Below, in pieces: positions 37,309 to 48,812 of a stretch of 64,000 nucleotides of DNA. Each line of letters begins with the position of its first letter. Within the stretch, counting starts at the first letter, position 1. The position numbers and the translations under genes were made by a program. The notes below the pieces were generated by a model. It saw only the letters and a list, made by a program, of their open reading frames with translations, had not been told where the DNA came from and did no database searches. Origin of the DNA: Podarcis liolepis (lineage: Eukaryota); NCBI GenBank assembly GCA_965112155.1, contig OZ218106.1; one strand, given 5' to 3'.

Positions 37309-37611
37309 ATCTCTCTACATCCCATGTGACTGAAACATCTTCTCTTTGAAAGCTGCACATTATAAATGCTTAGCCTACTTTAGAAAAAAAAGAGACCTGT
37401 GGAACAACTGTCTTTGGTTAGATTCATGGATACTTATATCTGTCCTGATAGGAACTTCAAATGTTCCTATGTTATATATTTGTTTCGGTGCATATGCACA
37501 TCTTGCCATGAATGGCAGAAAAATAAGCTACTTTAGCTTTTTACTGCCTCTAAAAAGGACCAGTGTCTGTCCTCCAGGTTAATTTGTTAAAATAGCTGCT
37601 AACTTCTAGAA

Positions 37612-38065
37612 CAGTGTTTCCCAAACGTTTTTGGGCAACGGCACACCTGTGTACTAAAAAAAAATCTCGCGGCACACCACCATTAAAGCCCCGCCCCGTG
37701 ACGTCAGCGCGCAGCGTCACGCCGGGAGGGACGCACAAAAGTGAACGTTTTTTCCCTCGGCAGCTCCTCTCAGCTGCGCTCAATCCGCCTCCGCGCAGGC
37801 TGAGGGAGGGAGGGAGGGGCGCGTGTGACCCGTCTCTGCTGGGAGACCAAACCCAGCGAGACAGAGTCGCGCGGAGGCGCCCAGGCAGCGCTGCCGGCTG
37901 CGAGGAGGAGCGCCAGGCAGCAGCAGGAGGCGCGGCCTCTCCTCGCCGCCCCCGCCCCGCCTCTCGCCGCCCGACTCGCCCGCCTCCCTCCAGGCATCTC
38001 GCGGCACACCAGCCGGTGTCTCACGGCACACTCGTGTGCCGGGGAACACCGGTTGGGAAACACTG
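37612..38065. mobile_element. Young, CpG-rich hAT-Charlie-type MITE
   Basis: TIR CAGTGTTTCCCAA / TTGGGAAACACTG; perfect 8-bp TSD TTCTAGAA (37604-11, 38066-73); repeated subterminal CGGCACAC. Confidence 0.95.
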
Positions 38066-38107
38066 TTCTAGAATATCCTCTGGGAAAAGCTAAAAGATAG
38101 GACTTTT

Positions 38108-38121
38108 GTGCCATCTAGTGG
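38108..38121 (-). promoter_or_regulatory. CTCF motif (reverse)
   Basis: Minus strand CCACTAGATGGCAC; full match to CCASYAGRKGGCRS. Confidence 0.6.
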
Positions 38122-38281
38122 AACAATGAACTAATGAATCACATTCTGAGCATTCATGACTATAACTACAGTGAAATAAATACCATACAGTGTGTTTTGT
38201 TCTTAAGTAATCAGTGCTATTTCCCCCTAACAAAGAAAAATCTATATAATAAACTCCAGACACTATAACAATTTGGGTATA

Positions 38282-38706
38282 CTGTACTTTTCTGTGTATA
38301 AGACTAGGTTTTTTAATTTAAAAATCGTGCTAAAAAGTGGGAGTCTTATACATGGGTAATGCATAGGGTGGATGTTTGATTGGTTGCTGCCGCGGCTGGC
38401 AGCAGCTATTGGGCATGCTATTGGTTGCTGCGTCAAGGGCTGGTGTTGATTGGTCGATGCTGCAGCAATTGGGCGGGCGATTGGCAGCTTTGGCCAGCAA
38501 AGGGACAGATGAGAGGTGGATTTTTTGCTGTGTGTGTTTGAGCGGTTTTCTGCAATCCCCCCTAAAAAAGCTCAAGAACTCTGGGCAATCCCTCCCCCAA
38601 AAAGCTCAACAATTCTGAGCCATCTCCCCCCATTTCCTTAAATTTTAGTCCTGAAAAATAGGGAGCGTCTTATACATGGGGGCGTGTTATACACGGAAAA
38701 GTATGG
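38282..38706. mobile_element. Tc2/pogo-type MITE
   Basis: TIRs CTGTACTTTTCTGTGTATAAGAC / GTGTTATACACGGAAAAGTATGG; TA flanks; internal GTCTTATACATGGG repeats. Confidence 0.85.
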
Positions 38707-39493
38707 TAGTTGTCTCAATGCAATTGGATTGGTCTTCAGAAAAAACTGAAGTACAAAAATCCAACAATCTTCATCAGATTCATAGAAAAGGGTTGTGGGT
38801 TTTTCCTGGAAGTTGCAATATTAAAGTAGTCAAAATACCAAATCACCAGAACTGTGGTGTTAACTTTGAATTAATTTATTACTATCATTTCTGCAGGAAA
38901 AGGAAACAAAGATCTTGATGTGCCCCCCCTTTTTATTATTGTTTTTCATGTAAATTCAAGAACAGCATAACTACAGTTACTTGTCCAGTAGTACATTCTT
39001 ATTAAGTTGCATATGCAGTACACAGTACATAAGCAATATGTTTATTTGTGTATTATCAGTTCAAGTATCCACAGAGATTCTTGTGTTGAGGGTGGAATAA
39101 AAGTATCTTTTGTCTCGTTTATAAAGGAAAAGAAAGGAACCCAAGTCACACCAAAATGTGTATCCTTCAAGTGCCTTTAATTACCCTTCTGTGGTGAGTT
39201 AGGTGTTCCCATAGAACTACATTCCAAATATTACTTAACCAGATTTCAGTGGGGATTTCTATAGATCATTTCCAATATTAGGCTATTGTTAATTGGGCAG
39301 CTCATAAGAGGGGGGGAAATACTGATGTTTCAGAGTATTATTATCATTGTTCAGTGTAGCAACATGTTGAAAGAACTCACTGAAATGAACCAACTTGGCT
39401 TGATTTGAACCAAAGTTCAGCAGAGTTTCACCCTAGAAAGTTTCAACACTGTCATGCTTTGCTGGAGCCTTCAAGCGAAATTGAAATGATTAG

Positions 39494-39537
39494 GGCAAGG
39501 CAAGGCAAGGCAAGGCAAGGCAAGGCAAGGCAAGGCA
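39494..39537. repeat. (GGCAA)n pentanucleotide repeat
   Basis: About nine direct units. Confidence 0.95.
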
Positions 39538-39679
39538 GCTCCCAGTTTGCCCAGCTGACTGAGTTAAGGAAGGCATGTCAGCCAAGGACCAGAATCAATT
39601 AAGGGTTTCAGAAGGCTGGCAGGGCTGCACTGGCCCAAGCCCTTGCAAGCCATCTTTAAAGCACCCATCTTTAAGCCAC

Positions 39680-40176
39680 CATCTTAAAAAGCAGAGACAT
39701 CACCTTGCCAACAAAGGTCCGTATAGTTAAAGCCATGGTTTTCCCAGTAGTGATGTATGGAAATGAGAGCTGGACCATAAAGAAGGCTGATCGCCGAAGA
39801 ATTGATGCTTTTGAATTATGGTGCTGGAGGAGACTTTTGAGAGTCCCATGGACTGCAAGAAGATCAAACCTATCCATTCTTAAGGAAATCAGCCCTGAGT
39901 GCTCACTGGAAGGACAGATCCTGAAGCTGAGGCTCCAATACTTTGGCCACCTCATGAGAAGACTCGACTCCCTGGAAAAGACCCTGATGGTGGGAAAGAT
40001 TGAGGGCACAAGGAGAAGGGGATGACAGAGGATGAGATGGTTGGATAGTGTTCTCGAAGCTACCAGCATGAGTTTGACTAAACTGCGGGAGGCAGTGGAA
40101 GACAGGAGTGCCTGGTGTGCTCTGGTCCATGGGGTCACGAAGAGTCGGACACGACTAAACGACTAAACAACAACAA
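39680..40176 (+). mobile_element. RTE-BovB LINE 3' fragment
   Basis: Closely matches ~6558-7056; in-frame TGA from CpG decay; (CAA)n tail. Confidence 0.97.
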
Positions 40177-40589
40177 ACTATTTTTCAGTCACATGTTCCT
40201 GCAGAAGAGGCTGCAGAGGAGTCACCCTCAGCCTCTGAGGATGATGGGAGCTACTTAGAGATTTTTATGATCACATGGGAATCTTCTTGATCTGAGTCCT
40301 TCTCAATCCAGCCAAAGATCCTGAGACAAGAGGGCTGGCAGAGGCAGTCCTGTGACCAGTGACATAAGCATGCTGAGAACAGTTCCTTGGAACATGCCTG
40401 GAGCTCCTTTCCCTAACCAATCACCCTACAGTCCTCATACATCTGAGGCCAGGAGAAAGTATTACCACATCAAAGAGCATGACTTCCAGATAGGCTCGAG
40501 CTTCAGAAAATATCACATTGTGTTGGTTTGCTGACTTTCTGTACTACTGTGGCACACCCTCTGTACAAAGAACATGATAACCTGCTGAA

Positions 40590-40989
40590 CCAGAATTATT
40601 CATGTAGCTGTTTCCCCAGCAATCTGAGACTGTGCCTGCAGGAAGCTAACTTCTGCTTTCTCTTCATGCCTCTACTGGTTCTTGTCACAGCAAGATGGGG
40701 AGACACCCTGGTTTCTTCACCATCCAGATTCCTCTTTGCTTCTTGGCCTTCCTCATCTCCTGCCTCTGATTCTGATTCTGGACAGCTCTCTGCCATAGAC
40801 TCTCCCTGCTACCTAAACCCTGTTACCTCTTAAGCTTCTGACACCTTCTCTTCTCAGTCTTCTCTCCATCTTCTCTCTGACCACTCATTGCTGTCCCACC
40901 ACCACTTCCCAGGCTCTGAGTTTTCTTCTCTTGGGGTTTCCCTAGCCGGTTCTTCCCACCATGCCTCTGCATTCAACCAGTCCTTGACA
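40590..40989 (-). mobile_element. LTR-like fragment with purine-rich 5' part
   Basis: Minus strand starts TGTCAAGGACTGG and continues GA-rich, as in squamate LTR U3 regions; other end not identified. Confidence 0.5.
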
Positions 40990-41132
40990 CTATGCAAAAA
41001 ATGAAGCTAAAGAATAATAATCAAAATTAAGTAGAGCCTGTTTCTGGAGGTTTGCTTTCCAGCGTTTGGCATTTCTACACAATTGTCCATTGCCGTAGCT
41101 TTTCAGTTCTCTCAAGAAGAAGGATGTGTCTT

Positions 41133-41146
41133 CCACTAGGTGGCAC
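41133..41146 (+). promoter_or_regulatory. CTCF motif (forward)
   Basis: CCACTAGGTGGCAC; full core consensus match. Confidence 0.6.
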
Positions 41147-41759
41147 TTCTGTTTACCTTTTGGAGAGTCAGCACTGCATGCTGGCACTTTTTGTTCATCC
41201 TGTCATTCAGGCTTTTATTAATGTGTTTCCCCAATGAACACTCCAATGAACAGTAGCTGGAAAGGGTGTGACAAATGTGATTGTAATACAGGAGTACAGT
41301 ACTGTCAACATCCTAGATCACTTGCCTGACAATATGGAAGAAGAAACCTCACACAAATAAGCCACACCGCAACCAACCAAGCTCGGGAACCCCTAACCTC
41401 TTGCAACATCAATAAAAATAAATAAATACACAAACAAAGCACCTACTCATGTGATGCTGACACAACACCCCCTACACTAAGAATAGGCAATAGAATAAAA
41501 ACATCCCCATCTCTCTTCCCCAACTGCAATATGTCTATGCCAAAAATGTCTCTCATCAGATGTAAACAAACTGTGAAAAAGACTATAAATAGAAAATAGA
41601 GACAATAGATGTACCATTCCCTGTTTATCTGTTTGCTTTGTAACACAAAACCACCGAATAAAAAGTAATAATAATTTTAAAAATATTGAAGAAGAAACAC
41701 CATTGAATTAATCCTTTTTTTTGCACTGGCAAGTGTAGGAGAGAGGTGTGCTTCATATA

Positions 41760-41974
41760 CAGTGGTACCTCGGGTTACAGACGCTTCAGGTTACAGACTC
41801 TGCTAACCCAGAAATAGTACCTCGGGTTAAGAACTTTGCTTCAGGATGAGAACAGAAATCGTGCAGTGGCAGTGGGAGGCCCCATTAGCTAAAGTGGTAC
41901 CTCAGGTTAAGAACAGTTTCAGGTTAAGAACGGACCTCCAGAACGAATTCAGTTCTTAACCTGAGGTACCACTG
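41760..41974. mobile_element. Tigger/pogo-type MITE (family B)
   Basis: TIR CAGTGGTACCTCGGGTTA / TAACCTGAGGTACCACTG; TA TSD. Confidence 0.92.
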
Positions 41975-41976
41975 TA

Positions 41977-42330
41977 CTTTTTTTTAATTGCATTTATATC
42001 CTCTGCCCTTCTTCTTGAGCAGCAAACAAGCAAACATTTTAAAAAGTAAAACAAAGCAAAAGCATTTAAAAAACACACACTTAGAAATATAAAAAAACCA
42101 ACTTCAGTTAAAAACATTATTTCATTCAGTGATCTTTTGGTTGGCAAGATGAGTATTCTCCAGTCATCAAATGGCTGGGCAAACAGGAATGTTTCCAAAC
42201 CTCTCCTGAAAGTTAATAATAGTGTGGACGGGTGCACCTCACCTAGAGATGGCATTCCACAACCAGGGAACCACCACGGAAAAGGCCCTGTCATGGGGCA
42301 GCCCTTGGTGTCAGCACCACCACCAAGGCT
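41977..42330 (-). mobile_element. Old L2 LINE 3' fragment
   Basis: Minus-strand LLTFRRGLETFLFAQPF and, in another frame, DRAFSVVVPWLWNA. Confidence 0.75.
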
Positions 42331-42930
42331 TCAGCTGTTGAACATCACATTTAAGATGTAATCACTGGCAGTTTTTGCTTGAATGATGTGCAAGATGTAG
42401 TCAAGAATCATGACAGAATCGGGTAGCGGTGGCACCACATGAATTTTAGGGTGCTGCACGCAAATATCATTTGACACACTAGTTGTTCATGGTTTTCAGA
42501 AGTTTAGAAACAACGTCTTTAGCTGAACACTTTGAAGCCAAAATCTGGGACACCATCATCCCGCATGCCATATTTCAGTTTTATATCATGAGCGCAGAGA
42601 GACCATTTTCACACTGGGGGCATGGCACTAAAAAATGGGAATTTGGGGGCACCATGAAAGAATACGACCCTCCCCCCAAGTGCATTTTTCACTGCAAAAT
42701 CAGAGCAACCCAAATGGCCACCGTTCTCTTGCAGGGAAAATTGAGATGTCCCAGTTTTTCCAGACAGTTGTGGGATACGCCATGAAAAAAGTAGACAAAT
42801 ACCATCACCTGCCTTTACAGTTGCATAGCTGTGCCATAATACTAGGATGATGAGAGGTGATATTCATTTTACTGCTTATGCTGGTCATTGGGATGGTGCT
42901 ATTCTAAATAAAAGGAGGTTCACTTGAAGT

Positions 42931-42932
<2 letters not shown>

Positions 42933-42972
<40 letters not shown>
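42933..42972. repeat. (GT)n microsatellite
   Basis: Direct run. Confidence 0.95.
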
Positions 42973-42973
<1 letters not shown>

Positions 42974-43970
42974 CATTTCTTCAAAAAGAGACAATCTACC
43001 TTCCTGGTCACTCAGCATTTGTTCCAACTATCCTCCTCCTTTCTAGCTTACAATGTGGGCCTATGAAGCTTGTGCCAAGGGGAAGTGGGATATTGAACAC
43101 CAATGGTTCTTAGTCTTGGATACTCCTCTCCTCTGCCATTCTGAAGAGCCCATCCTGCCTCCGTGACCACAGAGCCAAAGGCAGAATCAGCCGTAAAGGA
43201 AAATGTACTGGCACGAGTATCCCTCCCCCGCTTTTCTGGACAACAATGAGCCAGAATAATTAAGTTTCTTGTGGATTTCACCCTAAGCCATAACTTGGCT
43301 CAGGATCATTCAAAGTTGGTTTTCTATCCAGAATTAAATTTCAGGACTCTAATGAAATTCCAGCTAAAGTGAGTTTCACTTGGTCTCACATGTGGCTCCA
43401 AGTAATTCCTGCAGTTCTAATTATGAAAGGAAGGGAGAGCTATGGGCTGTATCATAACTATTCACTAGCTAAATTTTTAAAAGCAGTAGATGCATTATTT
43501 AAGAATGATCTTACAGTATACAGTCCCTTCTTTTATATGAACATTAAAATCCTTGCCAATGTTTATGTAATGCTCCAAGGCCATTTCTTCCAGAGAGTAT
43601 AAACAAACATCTGGAACAGCTGCACACCCCATGTGTTTATTTATTGTACATGAAGAAGGTTAAGAACTGCCAATTAATTTTTGTCTTGAAACTTTGCATA
43701 GACTAATTTCCTTGGGAGTAAAGCCACAATTCAGTCAGGGAGGAAGATGTTTGGCTGAGTTGTAACAGTTGAGAAACCCAACTGATATCTCTAATTTGTT
43801 TATTTTAAAGTACTCACACTGATTTGAATGAGGATAGTCTAGTGCAGATGTGGGGAACCTTTCACCCTCCAGATGTTGCTGAACATCAGCCCCAGTAAGC
43901 ACCAACATCATTTAAGATGCATGGCGAAAAGCTGGCATAAGATTAATTGGTGTAAGTAGCATTGTGCAAG

Positions 43971-44314
43971 GGGGACGCAGGTGGCGCTGTGGGTTAAACC
44001 ACAGAGCCTAGGACTTGCTGACCATAAGGTCGGCGGTTCAAATCCCTGCAACGGGGTGAGCTCCTGTTGCTCAGTCCCTGCTCCTGCCCACCTAGCAGTT
44101 TGAAAGCACGTCAAAGTGCAAGTAGATAAATAGGTACCGCTCCGGCGGGAAGGTAAACGGCATTTCCGTGTGCTGCTCTGGTTCCCAGAAGCGGCTTGGT
44201 CATGCTGGCCACATGACCCGGAAGCTGTACGTCAGCTCCCTCGGCCAATAAAGCGAGATGAGCGCCACAACCCCAGAGTCAGTCACAACTGGACCTAATG
44301 GTCCCTTTACCTTT
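43971..44314 (+). mobile_element. Sauria SINE with perfect 14-bp TSD
   Basis: TSD TAGCATTGTGCAAG at 43957-70 and 44315-28; canonical head, core and tail. Confidence 0.97.
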
Positions 44315-46262
44315 TAGCATTGTGCAAGAGGAAAGCATAAGAGTGTTTTTACCAGTATTATGAAATGGAAGCATTGCAAATGTGAATCCATCCTCAGCCT
44401 TCCTCAAATGTACACATCCACTCTAACTCTTCTTGCTCACCTTACCCATTCCTGAACAAACTACATACTTGATTCTAAAAAATGCAGGGTTGAGCATTGA
44501 GGAGAAATGTGAGGCAGAGCACACAGTCAAGCTTAGCCTCATACATTTTCTGCAACCACATGTAAAGCCCTTAACATCAAAGATCTATGCAGGTTGACCC
44601 TATACATAAGCTCCATACAGCTTTTCTTGGTAGACTGACCCTATGCAATCTGGAAAGGTACACAAAAGTGATAACTGTTTCCACATATTACAATAAGAAT
44701 ACAGATGTTGTTGGACTTCGGGCTCCCATCATCCTTGACCATTGCCCATTATGGCTGGGCCTGATGGGAGCTGGAGTCCTACAACCTCTGAGGGTCACAG
44801 ATTTCCCATTCCTTCTAGAGTGCTACATGAACCAGCCTACAGTGTGCATGGAAAGAGTTGTTGCACACCAGTTTAGAAGAACAGAATGCATGTTGACCCA
44901 CTTAATACTCATCCCCCCCCCCCCCCAGATACTGGATGTTCTCTGTTCTAGCTAAGGTCTATTAACATAATCAGCAGCCCCTTTATGAATTTCTTTATTT
45001 TGTCCTTTTTTTGTAAACTAATACTCTTGCTTTGCAGCAGCAAGAAACCAATTTTTGTAGCATAACTACAGAGCAGCAGTACGCCATGCATAATGCACAG
45101 CAGCTGTTATCATTTTGTATATGAAGATTTTCCAAGACCTCAGTGCTTATGAAATACAAACTGCACTCCGTTCAATTATTTGCCATGATTTGTATGTGAA
45201 AGAACAGGTTCAACCCCTTGGGGCTTTTGTTTGAGCATCTGCAATGAGTTTTTAATGTTGCCTCTTCCTTGTTTTCTGTAATAGAATGCTTCTGGGTGCT
45301 CCCTGCGCTCCCTACTCCAACCCAAAGGAATCAAACACCACAACATTCACCAGTTACCTGCCAGAAAAGCAATGATTAAAAAAAGCTATTCATATGCACA
45401 TTACTTCACTTTTACTATCTTGAGAATATATGTGAAATGGGGACCCCTATATAGGTCTGTGAACAGGATACGATGTGCTCCTTGGCTGGCGATAGCATCA
45501 GAACACCCCCTCCATTAGAGACTGCTTCCAAGATGGCACCTTGGGATGAAACTTCAGTGGGGTGGGGCCATGAACCATGCCTGGAAGTACTATTTCTAAG
45601 ATCTGCCCAGTTTCTATTTTACAGAAGATTCCAAACTCCTCTACAGGAGCAGCAGTGGTTGCTAAACAGCAAGCTTCAATTGAGGATGAGTTGAAAATTG
45701 CCTCCCCAATTCAACCAATCCATTGGTGTTCCCAGATAGCAAAATGGGACCACCATCTCAGTGGTTTTGAGCATGGCAGCAAGAAAGGTTACAAATAGTT
45801 TAGGGAAAAGAATTTGAAATACCCCTTTTAAACTGTGTAAAAAACAATGTCACCTACTGTTACAGTGGTGGCTCTTCCTTATTTGCTTGGTTGCCACCAC
45901 ATGTTTTCTCTTCACAGAATCCCCCTTGAATTATGCAAGCACATGCTGACATGGGAAGCAGGGAAGCCCCCAAAGGAGGAAAACTCGGTTTTACAGCTCC
46001 TCAATGACCTTTTCCAAGTTAGCTTAAGTACCCTGAATTCCTTGAAATACGGACCACCACTGGAATGTGTTGAGATCACAGTCCTCTTAGACCTTTATGT
46101 GGAACTTCTCCATGTTGACATTGATTTGAAGTACAGTCCACTGTATTTTGGCAGGTCTGGAATGGATGCTTTTGAGTTACTAACGTTGAAACTTTTACCC
46201 TGAAACCCCAAGCAGCTTCACAGCAGGGCCGTTGATGATGTTACCCTACAGCCCACATAAAT

Positions 46263-46453
46263 TGGGGAGCGTAGCTCAGTGTTGGAGGACCTGGTTTGCA
46301 TGCCAAAGGTTCTAGTTTCCATCCTCAACATCCCTAGGTAGGGCTGGGAGAGATCAGTTTCTGAATTCCCGAAGAGTTGTTGCCAGTCAATATATAGACA
46401 ATACTAGACAGACCAATGGTCTTACTCAGTATAATGCAGTTTGCTACGATCCT
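46263..46453 (+). mobile_element. tRNA-derived SINE with CR1-like tail
   Basis: CGTAGCTCAGTGTTGGAG head; GACCAATGGTCTTACTCAGTATAATGCAG tail. Confidence 0.8.
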
Positions 46454-47029
46454 AAATCCAATAGACAAAGAAAATCCTATGTGGAAGAGAGTATCATATG
46501 CATGTCTTTTTAAATAAGGGAGTGCCTATAGATGGGTGTACTCTTATTTAACCTGAGAATATTCTTTGGTGTCTCTGTGGTAAACCTAATCTCCCATCAA
46601 GCTAAACCAAGCCTGTTTAATGTACGGGGCTTCAGTGAGAATCATTCAAATAAAAGCCAAGTACTTCAGCTTAACTGGGCTATGGATCAGGCTGTCACAT
46701 GGTAACAGTTGTACAGCAGTATAAAGCTTGCACTTTCAAAGAAATGGCACTCAAATTATATGAGCTCTGGATTTATTTCATCCTGATTAAGTGTTAAATA
46801 TACTCTCCTGGCTCCAATTTAAACCTCATTTGATCAAATTGGCTCATTTCCTAGCACTTGATAGGAAAAGCTGTAATACGATTATGTTGATTGGTCTTAA
46901 ATTAAGATGAATGAAGAATCTTTTAAAAATTATGTAGGGTTTGATAAGGCTAGAAATAGCATCTACCTGAAGAGAAGGCACCTTGCATACTTTCTGCATT
47001 TAAAGAAATGTGAAATAGAATTCACTTGC

Positions 47030-47620
47030 TTTTTATTATTATTAAGAACTTCTATTCCACCCAATTAACTTGAGGCAGTATACAACATAACACAAATAAG
47101 GGCAACAACAATCTAATATTCATTGAAAACTCTAAAAGCTAAGATCAGTGTGTTGTAAAATGCCAGCCATTTCAAAAGAGCACCTAAGGCAATAAAAGAG
47201 GCCACTCCAATTAAAAATAATTTATAGCCTTCTGAGAGCCTGCTGAAATAAAAAGAATTTCACAATTTTCTGAAAAAGTCAGGAGGGAGTTAGCCTGAGA
47301 AGGGAATTCCTCTGAAAGGGTGCCACCACTGATCAGGTTCCCTGCTTCTCTCCACCATCCAAACAGTAGATAGAGAAGATAGGTGGTCTATATGGGGGAA
47401 GATGCTTCCAGAGATATACTGGAAACAGGCTACTGAGACTTTCAAATACTGTATGAAAACAACCATTTTGAATTGTTCCTTGAAATGACCTGGGAGCCAC
47501 TGGGCATCTTTGCCTGCATTTTGAACCCATGGGAGTTTTCTGAATAGTTTCCAATGGCAGCATGTATTACAGTTTGGGGAATACTAAAGCTAGGCCATAT
47601 CATATCCTCCCTCAAAGAGG
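47030..47620 (-). mobile_element. Degraded L2 LINE fragment
   Basis: GGGAATTCC...GGGTGCCACCACTGA and TTGAATTGTTCCTTGAAATGACCTGGGAGCCA blocks resemble the L2 at 55643-55950; TTATTATT tail on the left. Confidence 0.55.
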
Positions 47621-47625
47621 GCATG

Positions 47626-48384
47626 TGTTGCGGTGCGACCTGACAACCAACACCCTGTGTTGTGGGTGAGTATGATTGGATAGCCACAACACCCTATTGG
47701 TAGGTCCCTCGATGCTGGGTTTAATCAGGCCAATGGGATGCTAGCCAAACAGATCGAGGGACCTCTATATGCCCATGCACATGACCCTGAGCTTCCTCTT
47801 TGGGCCAGTGCATTGGAACACCCACCCACCTCTCCCTATATTTAGGGCTGGCACTTGACCTTGCTATGCCATTGTGTGTCGTCTATCGTTGGGACAGGGC
47901 CATGGCAGGAATTTCCCCCACTTGGCTGATTGGCTGTTGCCATTTGGGTTTCGCCTGCCACGTAGCAAATCGCCACAACTTGCAAGGTTGCGGATAGGCT
48001 CTGGTTCAGGTGATAGGGGTGGGGGAATGCTCTTGCCACCCCTATGGGAAGGGTATTAAGTTAAAGGAATCCAGGGACTCAAAATGGTTTGGTCAACCCT
48101 GAGAGGGGTTGTGCCCGTGCCTGAGTCCAGGGGGACATCTGGGTGGTGGACTAGCCTGACCATGGCTTTCCGCCTATCCAGGTGTTCACCCTAGGCTGAT
48201 CTATGCTGGTGCCCTGGGTCAGCGCTACCTGCCACGGTGCAGGGAGCTAGTCGAACCAGAGACTATGCAATCACTCAATCACTCACTTGATGTAATCAAT
48301 AAATTCTGCCAAAAACCAAACCAAAATCTGAGTCTTGTCTGAATTTATTTAAGGGGGAGGTTAAAAGGTCTAAACACGCAACCA
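47626..48384 (+). mobile_element. Solo-LTR-like element, family A copy 2
   Basis: TGTTGCG...CGCAACCA near-inverted termini; ATTGG/CCAAT boxes and CTATAT in the 5' part; AATAAA at 48298-303; homology blocks with 32088-32818. Confidence 0.65.
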
Positions 48385-48699
48385 TTTTGCAGTTGCAATT
48401 TGTGAATTAGCACACACAGCTAAGACACTCTTAGCATCCCCAGACCCCACCTGTCAACTGTAGATAACAACAAACTGAGGGTGGTGTTTGCTCCATGGGA
48501 TATTGTTTTTTGAGGGCAAAGTGAGGGCAAAAACACCCTACCAGTATTTCCCCCAACCCCAAAATTCAAAGCTGAAGCCTAGCAGTCCTGCATCCCCCAT
48601 AGTCACAGTCATACATTTTCCATCAATCAGAGATTCCCTCGATTCTTTCTTGTCAGTCTCCTCTGATAGGCTCCTAAGAGTTCTCCTATAAACTGCAAT

Positions 48700-48812
48700 C
48701 ACACAAGAAAAGCCTGCTGGATCAGGCCAATGGGTTATTTAGTCCAACATCCTGTTCTCACAATGCTCCCCAATGCCTGTGGGGACCCTCAAGCAAGAAT
48801 TGAGCACAAGAG
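48700..48812 (-). mobile_element. CR1-type LINE extreme 3' end
   Basis: Minus strand GAGAACAGGATGTTGGACTAAATAACCCATTGGCCTGATCCAGCAGGCTTTTCTTG. Confidence 0.65.

Noticed and set aside
37614-38114. Overlapping Arg/Pro/Ala-rich ORFs and an apparent gene-promoter CpG island
   Set aside because: Almost entirely within a TIR/TSD-bounded GC-rich MITE; stop scarcity follows from composition.
40596-40796. Acidic ORF MAESCPESESEAGDEEG...
   Set aside because: Lies in the purine-rich strand of an LTR-like repeat.
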